11,591 bases of DNA from Candidatus Poribacteria bacterium (GCA_046582655.1 JAYGDX010000196.1:1-11591); one strand, 5' to 3'; counted from the stretch's first letter, positions 1 to 8,852 are shown. The notes: generated by a model not told the origin, from the letters alone. A program made the numbers and translations.

Positions 1-1520
1 CCATTGCTGACTTGCCCATAAAAATTAGGATTATTATGGGCATGACTATGTTGAGCAATCAGAATATCAGCCGATTCAGCCTGTTGATGTCCTTGATAAT
101 ACAAACAGCTATTTTGCTTTGAACAAGAAGAACAGAATAAATCACGAAACACTCTTGTATGACCACATTTTATTAACTTTTTTGCTTTCTTTTCGCCTTT
201 TGCTTTTTGATAAGGACAGTCTATTGCATCATTACTAAGACCATAAAGACGAACAATAGAGAGATCCGCAGCCGCATCTTTTTCTTTGATGAGTTTATCG
301 AGTTCATCTTCCCACTCTTGAGCCACATTATGATCTGGAACAGTAACTAAAACCGATTCATCTTTTTGTGCCTGGTTTAAGACTAACTCTCTAGCACAAA
401 AAGACTTACCAGTTGCAATTGGTGCTTGGCATAGAGTTAAACCATCTTCTTCAGTTTCAATACTCTCAAATTCAGTTTGGAGTTCTGCTCTAACATCAAG
501 CAAAGGTAAGCCTGAAAACGAACTTAGTAAATCACTCATAGTTTGATCCACATAAGATTCATTGCCATCTCGTTGATACTTAGTACCTAGAGTTGTCATC
601 AAAACATACTGCAAGATTTTGGGATCACGAATTCCTTCTCTCGCCAATTCCTTAATAAAAACATAATCAGATTTGGACAAATCACTTTCGTCTATTCGTT
701 TTCTAGCTTCTCGAACATGGTAAGAATCCATGGCACGATTCAATGTAACCAATTGTTCAGAGGAAATATCACCAAGATCCGATAGATCTCCATCCAAAAC
801 TGGTGCAGACTTGATCTTTCTTGATGATTCATCTGGAGAGAGACTGCACATAATCAAACAATTTAGCATCTGCCACTATTGATTCAGGATCATCCAACCA
901 GGATGAAACACGATTTTCTCTTTCTGACGGTGCTTGATTGGGTTTGACTGAAGTTGTGCCAATCAATTTCATAATTCGTGTCACATCTTGAATCGAATCT
1001 ATCCAGACCTTTTGCTTCAGATCATCAGGCAAAATAGATTTGATTTGCTGATAGAGTTGTTTGACTTTGGATTCCCATTGTTCTGTCATCTCTAAGGAAG
1101 TCAGCGTAAATCGAGGAATCCTTGCCCAAATATGACACCCATTACCTGACATTGCTCGGATGGGTCTGCAAAAAAACCATTGTCTGCAAACCAATCCAAA
1201 ATCACCTTAGCTACTTCAATGGTGGCATCTAGCTCTTGCTGATTAGCAGGTTGGTTCTTATCAGGTCGGACAGAGTCAACATCAACCACCACAAAATTGA
1301 CTGCATGTATATCTCTTTTGGTAGCATTGATCTTAGTGCGTTCATTGATACCAATATAAATATTGGCTAAACTATCATATTTTTGACAGATTTGATCTAG
1401 ATCAGAATAAGAGTGAATCAGTTGGGAAGGATTGGCAGTTCGGTTAGGCTGGATAACTCTGATTTCATTAACATCATAACCAAGCAGATTGAAAGACTGA
1501 CACAGGTGTTCCGTTTTCAT
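1..1520 (-). pseudogene. AEP-superfamily primase + helix-bundle domain + SF2 (DinG/XPD-like) helicase fusion, two frameshifts, 3' end outside the window
   Basis: Three segments join into one protein. 1520-~1170 has motif I VVVDVD. After a shift at the A7 run (1170-1176) come motif II SGNGCH and motif III-like DVTRIMKLIGT. After a shift at (GA)4 (836-843) the frame is open to base 1 and has SDLSKSDY..ELAREG..KYQRD..YVDQT (primase helix-bundle-like), Walker A APIATGKS (402-425) and CPY..C..CSSC..CLYY..AESADILI. An AAGGA RBS lies upstream of the ATG at 1520. Confidence 0.8.
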
Positions 1521-1953
1521 TTTGTTATTTCCTTTTTGGGTGATTTGGATGGTCAGTTTTGAAATTCTAAGCCGATTAAGTTTATGTTTTCAAAATGAGA
1601 TAGGATTAAGTTTCAGAAAGCTAAAATCTTACGAATATCACCTCCACGATTCTGTTAAATTTGATAGAAATCGAACTAATCTCTATCCTTTTCTGTTACA
1701 CATAATTGTAACCTTAACACCCGACATCCTATGTCGGAGTTCGCAAGAAAAACCAACTTTTTTTATCTTTTTGTTAATGTTATTACTATCACTAAATCCC
1801 CACAAAAAAACAAATTGAATAATCAAATTATTCAGTTATAGTAAATAATATATGTATTTTATAATCCATAAACACAGTGATATTATACACTTTATTTAAT
1901 GTTACCACCTGTAACAATATATTAACATTTGTTAACATACTGTTTAGCCATTA

Positions 1954-2009
1954 CTACCATGGAATTCTTGTTTTCCGTAGATGCTTTGATTAACTTAGAA
2001 TAGGCAGAG
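1954..2009 (+). repeat. Hairpin repeat copy H1 (degenerate)
   Basis: Right arm AACTTAGAATAGGCAGAG resembles the H8 right arm AACATTGAATAGGCAGAG; the left arm is poorly conserved. Confidence 0.45.
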
Positions 2010-2108
2010 ATTCCAAATAAACATCAGGGTCTTAATTCGTCTAGGAAGGTGTTTAAATTGGCGTATTTCAAGAGGTTGGGTTTGGTCTAATGGTAGGGAG
2101 AGGGAATT

Positions 2109-2312
2109 GGATCTCTGCCAAAATAATGTTAGTCCTATCATTCGATTAATCAACATGGATTGGCAAGGAAGATAAGAGAACAGATTCGATCTTCAAAATG
2201 TATATAAAACCCAATCGTTTCAGTCTCTCCAGTACCTGTACTATCTTTTGAGAAAACAAGTTCCAAACATATAGTAATTTATATACCTTTTCGACAAGAA
2301 TGGCATTCTAGC
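2109..2312 (+). repeat. Hairpin H2 (2111-2166) + tail A
   Basis: CTGCCAAAATAATGTTAG..CAACATGGATTGGCA, then TCTCTCCAGTACCT and a 40-mer (2273-2312) that is 38/40 identical to 2521-2560. Confidence 0.85.
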
Positions 2313-2366
2313 CTTTCATCCCAACTCTCTATTTTTAGATTTAGAATGGCTGCTCAAGATCTAACA

Positions 2367-2560
2367 GGATCTTTGCCTAAATTATGTTAGTTCCTGCACC
2401 TACATTATCAACATAGAATTGGCAGAGGATAATAAAATATTACAATTTCATGTCAAATCACATTATTTCAATCTCTCCAGTACCTTACCCATCCTGAAGG
2501 TAAACGAGTGCGAAATATAAAGTAATTTATATATCTTTTCGACAAGAATAGCATTCTAGC
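2367..2560 (+). repeat. Hairpin H3 (2367-2430) + tail A
   Basis: TGCCTAAATTATGTTAG..CAACATAGAATTGGCAGAGGAT, followed by the same tail as H2. Confidence 0.85.
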
Positions 2561-2642
2561 ATCTGATCTTAACCTTCTACACTTAACTCAACCCTTTCCA
2601 GTCCTAGATTAATTCCCTGAGGAATTGATGGATCTAAACTGG

Positions 2643-2694
2643 ATCTGGCAGGTTGGTATTAAATCAGAGTTTATTCAAATACAGCTTGACAGAT
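2643..2694 (+). repeat. Hairpin variant H3b
   Basis: ATCTGGCAGGTTGGTATT pairs with AATACAGCTTGACAGAT; the left arm is 16/21 identical to the H5 left arm. Confidence 0.6.
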
Positions 2695-2714
2695 GTCAGA
2701 TTGCATCGTAGGAT
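2686..2714 (+). promoter_or_regulatory. Sigma70-type promoter for the LamG gene at 2763
   Basis: TTGACA (2686-2691), 17 bp spacer, TAGGAT (2709-2714); GGAG RBS at 2752-2755. Confidence 0.6.
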
Positions 2715-2762
2715 GATTTCTGCATTTCCGCTAAGGAGAATATTGTTTTTTGGAGTTCAATT

Positions 2763-3554
2763 ATGAAAAACAAAAGTTTAATTTTAGTCTTGAGTTTGAT
2801 ACTAACTTCAACCACGCACTTATTGGCTAAGGATTTTGGAAACTTGATTGCCTACTATACTTTCGATAATATCAAAAACAATACCGTTATTAATGAAGTT
2901 AATAGCAAAGCGTTTACTGGTAAAATAGAAGGAGCACCCAAGATTGAAACAGGCAAGTTCGGAAAAGGCATTTCATTTGCAGGTAAAGCAGAACCTAAAC
3001 GACAGTATATTGATATTGAGGAGGCATACCCATATGGTAATACTGACCTCAGTATCTCCCTATGGGGAAAGGTTCCAAAAGGCGCTAATAATAACACTCG
3101 AGTTGGTATTATAATGGGTAATTACGATAAGCCAAATAATTGTAATATCGAGCTTCATGCCTTAGGTCAAGTTCGATGGTGGTGGAACAATGGAGAGCGC
3201 GATCATAAAGCAACCCGAGATTTAAGAGATGGAAAATGGCATCACCTCGTCTTTATACGGGATAAGTCTAACAAAAAGTTTATGATGTACATTGACGGTA
3301 AGGTCGAGATGGAGGCAGACGGAGATGTGACAGATGTAAAACCGTTACCACAACGGATTGGTGGAGACAAAAGAGGGGATAATTCTCACTGGTTCCATGG
3401 CGGGATGGATGATTTTGCCATCTGGACTGAAGTCTTGGACGCAAAGGCTATCAAGGAAATCATGGAAAAAGGAGTAGAGGGATATCTTGCAGTAACGAAT
3501 CCAATAGCAACCAAAGGGAAGTTAGCCGTATTTTGGGCAGAGATGAAATCCTAG
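2763..3554 (+). CDS. Secreted LamG-like jellyroll (concanavalin A-like lectin/glucanase) domain protein
   Basis: Signal peptide; LIAYYTFD, GKFGKGISF, DGKWHHLVF, MYIDG, FHGGMDDFAIW motifs; C-terminal KGKLAVFWAEMK tail. Confidence 0.9.
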   Translation: MKNKSLILVLSLILTSTTHLLAKDFGNLIAYYTFDNIKNNTVINEVNSKAFTGKIEGAPKIETGKFGKGISFAGKAEPKRQYIDIEEAYPYGNTDLSISLWGKVPKGANNNTRVGIIMGNYDKPNNCNIELHALGQVRWWWNNGERDHKATRDLRDGKWHHLVFIRDKSNKKFMMYIDGKVEMEADGDVTDVKPLPQRIGGDKRGDNSHWFHGGMDDFAIWTEVLDAKAIKEIMEKGVEGYLAVTNPIATKGKLAVFWAEMKS

Positions 3555-3703
3555 TCGGAAAATCCAACTAATCCCCTCCAAACTAATTTCGACCTAGCCT
3601 ATCTTCAACATAACCTAATAATTTAATCTATCCTGATCCTCTTTTGATTTTTAAGCTGAAAATGGTCACAACATCTCAGACCAAAAGTTATTGGAGACCA
3701 TCA

Positions 3704-3880
3704 CTGCCAAATTGATGTTAGATCCTGCATTTGCATTATCATCATCAATATGGTAGAGGATTTAAATACCAAACGAAGATTTCAGACTAGATCTTTTGAG
3801 TTTATATCTAATCTTCAACTAGATCCTGAAAGACTGTAATTATTTCTGCTAGATTGTTCGAATTCTCTGCTTGAATGGTA
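3704..3880 (+). repeat. Hairpin H4 (3704-3761) + tail B
   Basis: CTGCCAAATTGATGTTAGAT..ATCATCATCAATATGGTAGAGGAT; the tail ends TTTCTGCTAGA..GAATTCTCTGCTTGAATGGTA. Confidence 0.9.
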
Positions 3881-3941
3881 GGATTGGTATGTTACTAACC
3901 GATTGCATACTATGATGAGAACAATTAAAAAGGATAAGAAG

Positions 3942-4287
3942 ATGAATATAAATAGTTTGAAATTTACAGGTTTACCTGTATTGGTAAAACTTTTAGCCAT
4001 TGGTTGTGCCAATGTAAATTATGTTGGCAAATCATTTGAGCCAACAACTAACGTTGATTTCTATTTCTCTAAGGAAGATATAGAGAGAGAAAGAATATAC
4101 AGTTATGGGACATGCTATTGGTAGTGGTACATCTGACAGTAATGAGATTCAAAAAGCCCTGATTGAGGAAGCAAAAGAAAAGGGAACAGACGCAGTCCTA
4201 ATAATAGGGATAGGCAACCCACTACTTTCAACAGAAGATAGTAATCCTAAGAGTGAGGTCAAGGCTTCATTTTTAAAGTACAAATAG
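3942..4287 (+). pseudogene. Small lipoprotein (YbjQ-like fold suspected), frameshifted in an (AG)n tract
   Basis: AAGGA RBS; lipobox LAIGC; ORFs 3903-4124 and 4105-4287 join as ..EDIE(RE)KEYTVMGHAIGSG..EEAKEKGTDAVLI if the AG tract at 4082-4090 changes by +2 or -4 nt. Confidence 0.75.
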
Positions 4288-4339
4288 CTAATAATATGAG
4301 TTTAAAGGGTAGGGTAGCTAAAGGCGATAGGTTGTTTAG

Positions 4340-4517
4340 TTGCCAGATTGGTGTTAGATCCAGCATCTGCATTATCAACATCAATTTTGGCAGAGGATTA
4401 AAACACTGAACAAAGATTCCAGACGATATTTTTTGGAATATATCTAATTAACAACTATATCTTGAAAGAATACAACGCGTTTCTGCTAGAGTGTGTGAAT
4501 TCTCTGCTCGAATGGTA
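4340..4517 (+). repeat. Hairpin H5 (4340-4398) + tail B
   Basis: TGCCAGATTGGTGTTAGAT..ATCAACATCAATTTTGGCAGAGGAT; collinear with 3704-3880 over ~177 bp. Confidence 0.9.
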
Positions 4518-4697
4518 TATGTTTACGGGCGCAAGTTGGAAATATTGTTTTTTACTTTGCCTTACTGATAAGTATCAATCTGCTTACTCTAAGTGTGCTG
4601 ATAAAATATTGCCTTTGCAAAAACTCTTGGTTGGCAATATAATTGAAACAATTCAGTAAGAATAAATTGCGATCAGGCTAATTTTTGGAGCCTTTTT

Positions 4698-6464
4698 ATG
4701 AATCTCGAGAAAAAAATATGTGCTATTCTCGCCTCTGATATTGTTGGCTTTTCAGCTATGATGGAGTCAGATGAAGATGGAACTGTACGAAAAATAAAGG
4801 GACTACGAACTAAAATAAACGAACTTGTTAGACATCATCAAGGGCGTGTCTTTCATACAGCGGGTGATAGCATTTTGGTAGATTTTATTAGCCCTGCTCA
4901 GGCTGTTGAATGCGCTGTCGAATGGCAAAAACTAATAGAAAATGAAAATAGCCAAGATGCAACATTTGACTTGGTATATCGTATTGGTGTCAACGTTGGT
5001 GAAGTGATAATCGAAGAAAATAACCTGTTAGGCGATACTATAAATTTAGCTGCTAGAATTGAGCAATCCTGTGATCCTGGTTCTGTATTAATTTCAAGAC
5101 AGGTTTTTGATATGGTTCACCGTAAATTAAGATATGGTTTTGAAGAAAAGGGAAGTATTTCGGCCAAAAACATCTCTAAAGAAATTCCTGTATTCATTAT
5201 CACAGAATACAAAGGAAATGACCGCTTCACAGTTCGAAGCAAAGAGGTTGAATCGCTTCCTAAACAAGATTTAATCAAAAATAGTGTTTTAGTACTTCCG
5301 CTTAAAAATTCAAGTAGTGATGAAGAATTAGACTATTTATGTGAGGGGCTTTGTGAGGAAATCATTGGTGAGCTATCTCTTTTTAAAGATATTAAAGTTC
5401 TATCTAGAAACGCCAGTTTTGCCTTCAGTGATTCAGATGCCCCCCCAAATAATTATGCGCAAACTCTTGGGGCAAACTATGTGTTATCTGGGAGTATACG
5501 TAAACTTGGTTCACGTTTGAGAATCAACATTGAGTTGTCAAGCATTCAAGAGAACATAAGTATTTGGAATGACAAACACACATGCACAATGGAAGAAATT
5601 TTCGATATTGAAGAGACAATCGTAAAAACAGCTTCAAATGCAATAGTAGGATCAGTTAAGGCGGATGAAACTGAAAAATTGAAGCACAAAAACCCTGTTG
5701 ATTTTACCGCACATGATTATGTTTTAAAAGGACTTCACTACCACCGAATGAGTGGTGTATGTCAAGAGAATGCTGAACAAGCTTTCACTTTTTTTCAAAA
5801 AGCCGTTGACGCGGACCCGCAATATGCTCGGGCTCACGCCTGGAGTACTTGCAGTTTAGCGAATCTTTCAGATTGGTCCTCCTCAGAACTATTAACTGAA
5901 AATTGGTTTGATACAGCTACTTACCACATAAACGAAGCAATCAAAATTGATCCCGACGATGCGGAAGCTAACAGAATAATGGGCTATATGAAACTAATTT
6001 TTGATGGTGATTTTGAAGGGGCAGAACCTCATTTTCGGAAAGCTCACCAAATGAGCCCCAGCGATGTCCATCTAGCTTTGAATTTAGCCTCATTTTGTAT
6101 CTTCTCGGCAAATATGACTGAAGCCAAAGACCTAATTGAAGAAGTTAAAATATTGAATCCCTACGGTTCAGATCAGCAATTCTATTTGGAAGGACTCATC
6201 GGGTTTTTGGAAGAGAATTATGATGAGGCAATTTCATTGTTGAGCAGGATCTTAAATCCTGATTCAATAGGCATGTTTCTTTTAGCTGCAGCCTATTTCA
6301 AAACAGGAAATCAAGCAGAGACAACCAGGAACTTTGATAAACTACTCAAGAAATATGGGAAAGAATCAATTCTGGAAGAGCTATCTTCTTTACCTTTCAA
6401 GGACAAGCAAAAGAAAGAAGAACTAGCGCAACTACTTGAGCAGGTTGATTCTCTAGCAATATAA
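4698..6464 (+). CDS. Class III adenylate/guanylate cyclase domain + TolB-like domain + TPR repeats
   Basis: ILASDIVGFS, AGDS, RIGVNVGEV, GDTINLAARIE; SVLVLPLKN..DYLCEGLCEEII (TolB-like); TPR-like helices (KAVDADPQYARAH, AIKIDPDDAEA); GGAG RBS. Confidence 0.92.
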   Translation: MNLEKKICAILASDIVGFSAMMESDEDGTVRKIKGLRTKINELVRHHQGRVFHTAGDSILVDFISPAQAVECAVEWQKLIENENSQDATFDLVYRIGVNVGEVIIEENNLLGDTINLAARIEQSCDPGSVLISRQVFDMVHRKLRYGFEEKGSISAKNISKEIPVFIITEYKGNDRFTVRSKEVESLPKQDLIKNSVLVLPLKNSSSDEELDYLCEGLCEEIIGELSLFKDIKVLSRNASFAFSDSDAPPNNYAQTLGANYVLSGSIRKLGSRLRINIELSSIQENISIWNDKHTCTMEEIFDIEETIVKTASNAIVGSVKADETEKLKHKNPVDFTAHDYVLKGLHYHRMSGVCQENAEQAFTFFQKAVDADPQYARAHAWSTCSLANLSDWSSSELLTENWFDTATYHINEAIKIDPDDAEANRIMGYMKLIFDGDFEGAEPHFRKAHQMSPSDVHLALNLASFCIFSANMTEAKDLIEEVKILNPYGSDQQFYLEGLIGFLEENYDEAISLLSRILNPDSIGMFLLAAAYFKTGNQAETTRNFDKLLKKYGKESILEELSSLPFKDKQKKEELAQLLEQVDSLAI

Positions 6465-6484
6465 AATTAACGATTACGTCTCGT

Positions 6485-6621
6485 ACTGCTCATATTGAAG
6501 TTAACAAGAATTAAAACAACATCCACAAGAGCCCTGTGAGTTTATATCTGATTCCCAACTAACCACTGAAGAAATATAAAGAGTTCCTGCTAGACTGCGC
6601 GGATTCCTTGCTTGAATGGTA
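6485..6621 (+). repeat. Partial hairpin H6 (left arm only) + tail B
   Basis: ACTGCTCATATTGAAGTTAA resembles the H8 left arm; then GAGTTTATATCTGATTCCCAACTA..CTGCTAGA..TGCTTGAATGGTA. Confidence 0.8.
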
Positions 6622-6845
6622 GTACAAGATTCATCAGTCACTGCTAAGATCTATGACGTAACTGGTAAGCTAATCAGAATGATTGAATTAGGTCATGTAA
6701 CAGCAGGGAATTATGTTGAGTCTAGTAAAGCTATTTATTGGGATGGGAGAAGTGAGAATGGAGAGTATGTATCTTCAGGAACTTACTTCTATCAAATTCA
6801 AGCAGGAGATTATACAGACACCAGAAAATGGTGATTCTGAAGTAG
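6622..6845 (+). pseudogene. 5'-truncated FlgD-Ig / T9SS-sorting-like C-terminal domain fragment
   Basis: QDSSVTAKIYDVTGKLIR..YWDGRSENGEYVSSGTYFYQIQAGDY..TRK; adding one A at 6825-6828 restores the usual RKMVILK* end; the usual upstream NYPNPFNP segment is missing. Confidence 0.85.
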
Positions 6846-6970
6846 GGAAATATGAATTATTACCTGCTCATCTTTTATAGACCTTTCTCGATCCAGTAAT
6901 ATCAACAATTTTTGAGATCCACTTTCTCTGAACATTAAGATAAAAAGAACACAGATTAGAATGTTAGTTG

Positions 6971-7015
6971 CCAAGTAAAATCTTCTTATAATATATAAGA
7001 GGAAATTACCTGGTT
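6971..7015. repeat. Palindrome P1 (GGTAA-TATA-TTACC family)
   Basis: 44/45 identical to 8791-8835; self-complementary. Confidence 0.9.
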
Positions 7016-7188
7016 GAATTTGTCTTTTTGTCTTTATCTTTGTTGTCCAAATCCTTTAGATCTTGATTTAACGTTTTCACGCCCACCTAATAGTATATTA
7101 TTATAAGGTAGCCATGAAATCCCTAAAATCCTCCCTGTGGTATTGAATGGATGCTGTGGTTAGTGTTTTCACAAGTCTTATTAGATTA

Positions 7189-7320
7189 CTGCCAAGTCCA
7201 TGCTCAATTCAGCATCTGCAATAACCAACATAGAACAGGCAATGGAATCTTTAAAGCATTCATTCTAAAATTCACCTGTCTTAACCTCTCCACTACATTA
7301 CCTATCCTGAGAGTAAACAC
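7189..7320 (+). repeat. Hairpin H7 (7189-7241) + partial tail A
   Basis: CTGCCAAGTCCATGCT..CAGCATCTGCAATAACCAACATAGAACAGGCA; CTCTCCACTACATTACCTATCCTGAGAGTAAAC resembles 2473-2505. Confidence 0.75.
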
Positions 7321-7447
7321 CTCAGAAATTAACATCAATTGATTTGTTTCTTGGGGTGGGATGGGATTCTGGGGATAGTTACCAAGTTCATGTTTGACCA
7401 GCTTATACATCATCACCATTCAAAAAACAAAAAATAGCACCTCCTCC

Positions 7448-7476
7448 TTGACAAAGACATTTCAACGTGTGACAAT
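7448..7476 (+). promoter_or_regulatory. Sigma70-type promoter for the LamG gene at 7506
   Basis: TTGACA, 17 bp spacer, TGn-GACAAT; AGGAG RBS at 7494-7498. Confidence 0.5.
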
Positions 7477-7505
7477 CTCAAGGCAATGTTAACAGGAGTG
7501 TACAA

Positions 7506-8306
7506 ATGAGAAAATCGTATATATTTGGGCTTAAGTTTGCCCAGGTTAGTTTTTTAGCGTTGATTATGTGTCTCTTAATCGTTGTGAATATTCAAGCAGG
7601 TGATATTACCAAAGGGATGATCGGTTACTGGCCATTGGATGGTGATGCAAAAGATGTGTCAGGAAACGACTACCATGGTGAGTTGACCAAAGGCGTCAAA
7701 TGGAAAGCCAATGGAAAAGTAGGAGGCGCTGCAAGTTTTGATGGGGAAGGCAGCCACATCAAAGTCGCCCACAAGGACTTAGCACCGACAGTTCTCAACT
7801 TTACCGTAGTAACTTGGATAAATGGTTATAAAGCTCAACCCTGGGCAGCCTTCGTTTCGGCCCGGGGTAACGGAGAGCAGGCTTATTGGATGGGCTATCA
7901 TGGTGGCACTGACACCCTGACTTATGTCTATAATAATAATGCTCAGAATACTTGGGATTGGGGTGGATCTATTAAAATCCCCAAAGATACTTGGGGCTTA
8001 GTTGCAGTAGCCATTGAAAAAAAGAAAGCTACTGCTTACGCTTATACGGCAGCTACCAAAAAATTGGAGATGGCTGAGAACAAAATCGAGCATCTTGAGC
8101 AAGCATTTCTCAACTTTGTCTTTGGTAAAGATGACTGTTGTGGTTCCCGTTTCTATAAAGGACTGCTGGACGAAATAATGATGTTTGAACGAACATTGGA
8201 CAAAGAAGAAATTATGCAGTTAGCAACTATTGGACTCAATGTAGAGTCTAAGAATAAGCTAACCACCTCATGGGGCGAGACAAAAGGGTCACACACCTTC
8301 GATTAG
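7506..8306 (+). CDS. Secreted LamG-like jellyroll domain protein
   Basis: Signal peptide (IQA-G); GYWPLDGDAKDVSGN, GKVGGAASFDG, FYKGLLDEIMMFERTL motifs; C-terminal VESKNKLTTSWG tail. Confidence 0.9.
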   Translation: MRKSYIFGLKFAQVSFLALIMCLLIVVNIQAGDITKGMIGYWPLDGDAKDVSGNDYHGELTKGVKWKANGKVGGAASFDGEGSHIKVAHKDLAPTVLNFTVVTWINGYKAQPWAAFVSARGNGEQAYWMGYHGGTDTLTYVYNNNAQNTWDWGGSIKIPKDTWGLVAVAIEKKKATAYAYTAATKKLEMAENKIEHLEQAFLNFVFGKDDCCGSRFYKGLLDEIMMFERTLDKEEIMQLATIGLNVESKNKLTTSWGETKGSHTFD

Positions 8307-8331
8307 AAAGCTCAATCAATTGTGTATTTTT

Positions 8332-8362
8332 AGCCCCGTTTAATATCAGACGGGGCTTTTTT
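8332..8362 (+). terminator. Rho-independent terminator
   Basis: AGCCCCGT / ACGGGGCT stem followed by a T tract, 25 bp after the stop at 8306. Confidence 0.85.
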
Positions 8363-8416
8363 GTTCCACGGTTAATCTGTGTCTGATTGAAGATAAAGAA
8401 ACTAGAACGAGATCTC

Positions 8417-8462
8417 TATCAGGTAAGTGTTCTATTAAATATACTAGAAGGACTACCTGATA
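8417..8462. repeat. Palindrome P2 (diverged)
   Basis: TATCAGGTAAGTGTTCTA, AT-rich centre, TAGAAGGACTACCTGATA. Confidence 0.65.
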
Positions 8463-8494
8463 CCTTTTCAGAATCTTGGGGAACTATCAGATTA

Positions 8495-8669
8495 CTGACA
8501 GATTGATGTTAATTTCTGCAAATGCAATAACCAACATTGAATAGGCAGAGGATCTGAGTTAAACAACATTCCATACGAGATCTTTTGAGTTTATATTAGA
8601 TTCCCAACTAGATACTAAATGATTAATAGGATTTCTGCTATACTGTGCGAATTCTATGCTTGAATGGTA
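8495..8669 (+). repeat. Hairpin H8 (8495-8553) + tail B
   Basis: CTGACAGATTGATGTTAA..CAACATTGAATAGGCAGAGGAT; AGATCTTTTGAGTTTATAT..TGCTTGAATGGTA. Confidence 0.9.
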
Positions 8670-8790
8670 TATGTTTCTTTACCTGACAGTTTCTAATCCA
8701 AATCCCTAAAGCCAGTCATATCAATACTTCTACTGATCTAGATAGTTTGAACATCCAAATGTAGAAACCATAGGCGCGGATGCAAGTTCA

Positions 8791-8835
8791 CCAGGTAAAA
8801 TCTTCTTATAATATATAAGAGGAAATTACCTGGTT
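8791..8835. repeat. Palindrome P3
   Basis: CCAGGTAAAATCTTCTTATAATATATAAGAGGAAATTACCTGG. Confidence 0.9.
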
Positions 8836-8852
8836 CTTTAACCTTTTCAATG

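Noticed and set aside
1522..1818. ORF 1522-1818 (+)
   Set aside because: TTG start, no recognisable domain, lies across the primase upstream region.
2367..2392. pdif/dif sites (TTATGTTAGTT resembles the XerD arm TTATGTTAAAT)
   Set aside because: No XerC-like arm 6 bp upstream in the copy examined, and the motif is part of a larger hairpin.
4462..7419. Short ORFs 4462-4659, 7151-7342, 7204-7419
   Set aside because: They run through repeat units whose other copies contain stops or indels; no recognisable domains.
2109..8669. CRISPR array
   Set aside because: Repeats are long, diverged and irregularly spaced by whole genes; no cas genes.
8700..8732. AAATCCCTAAA shared with 7117-7127 and a neighbouring IHF-like TATCAA motif
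   Set aside because: Short, low-complexity and an imperfect consensus; not distinguishable from chance.
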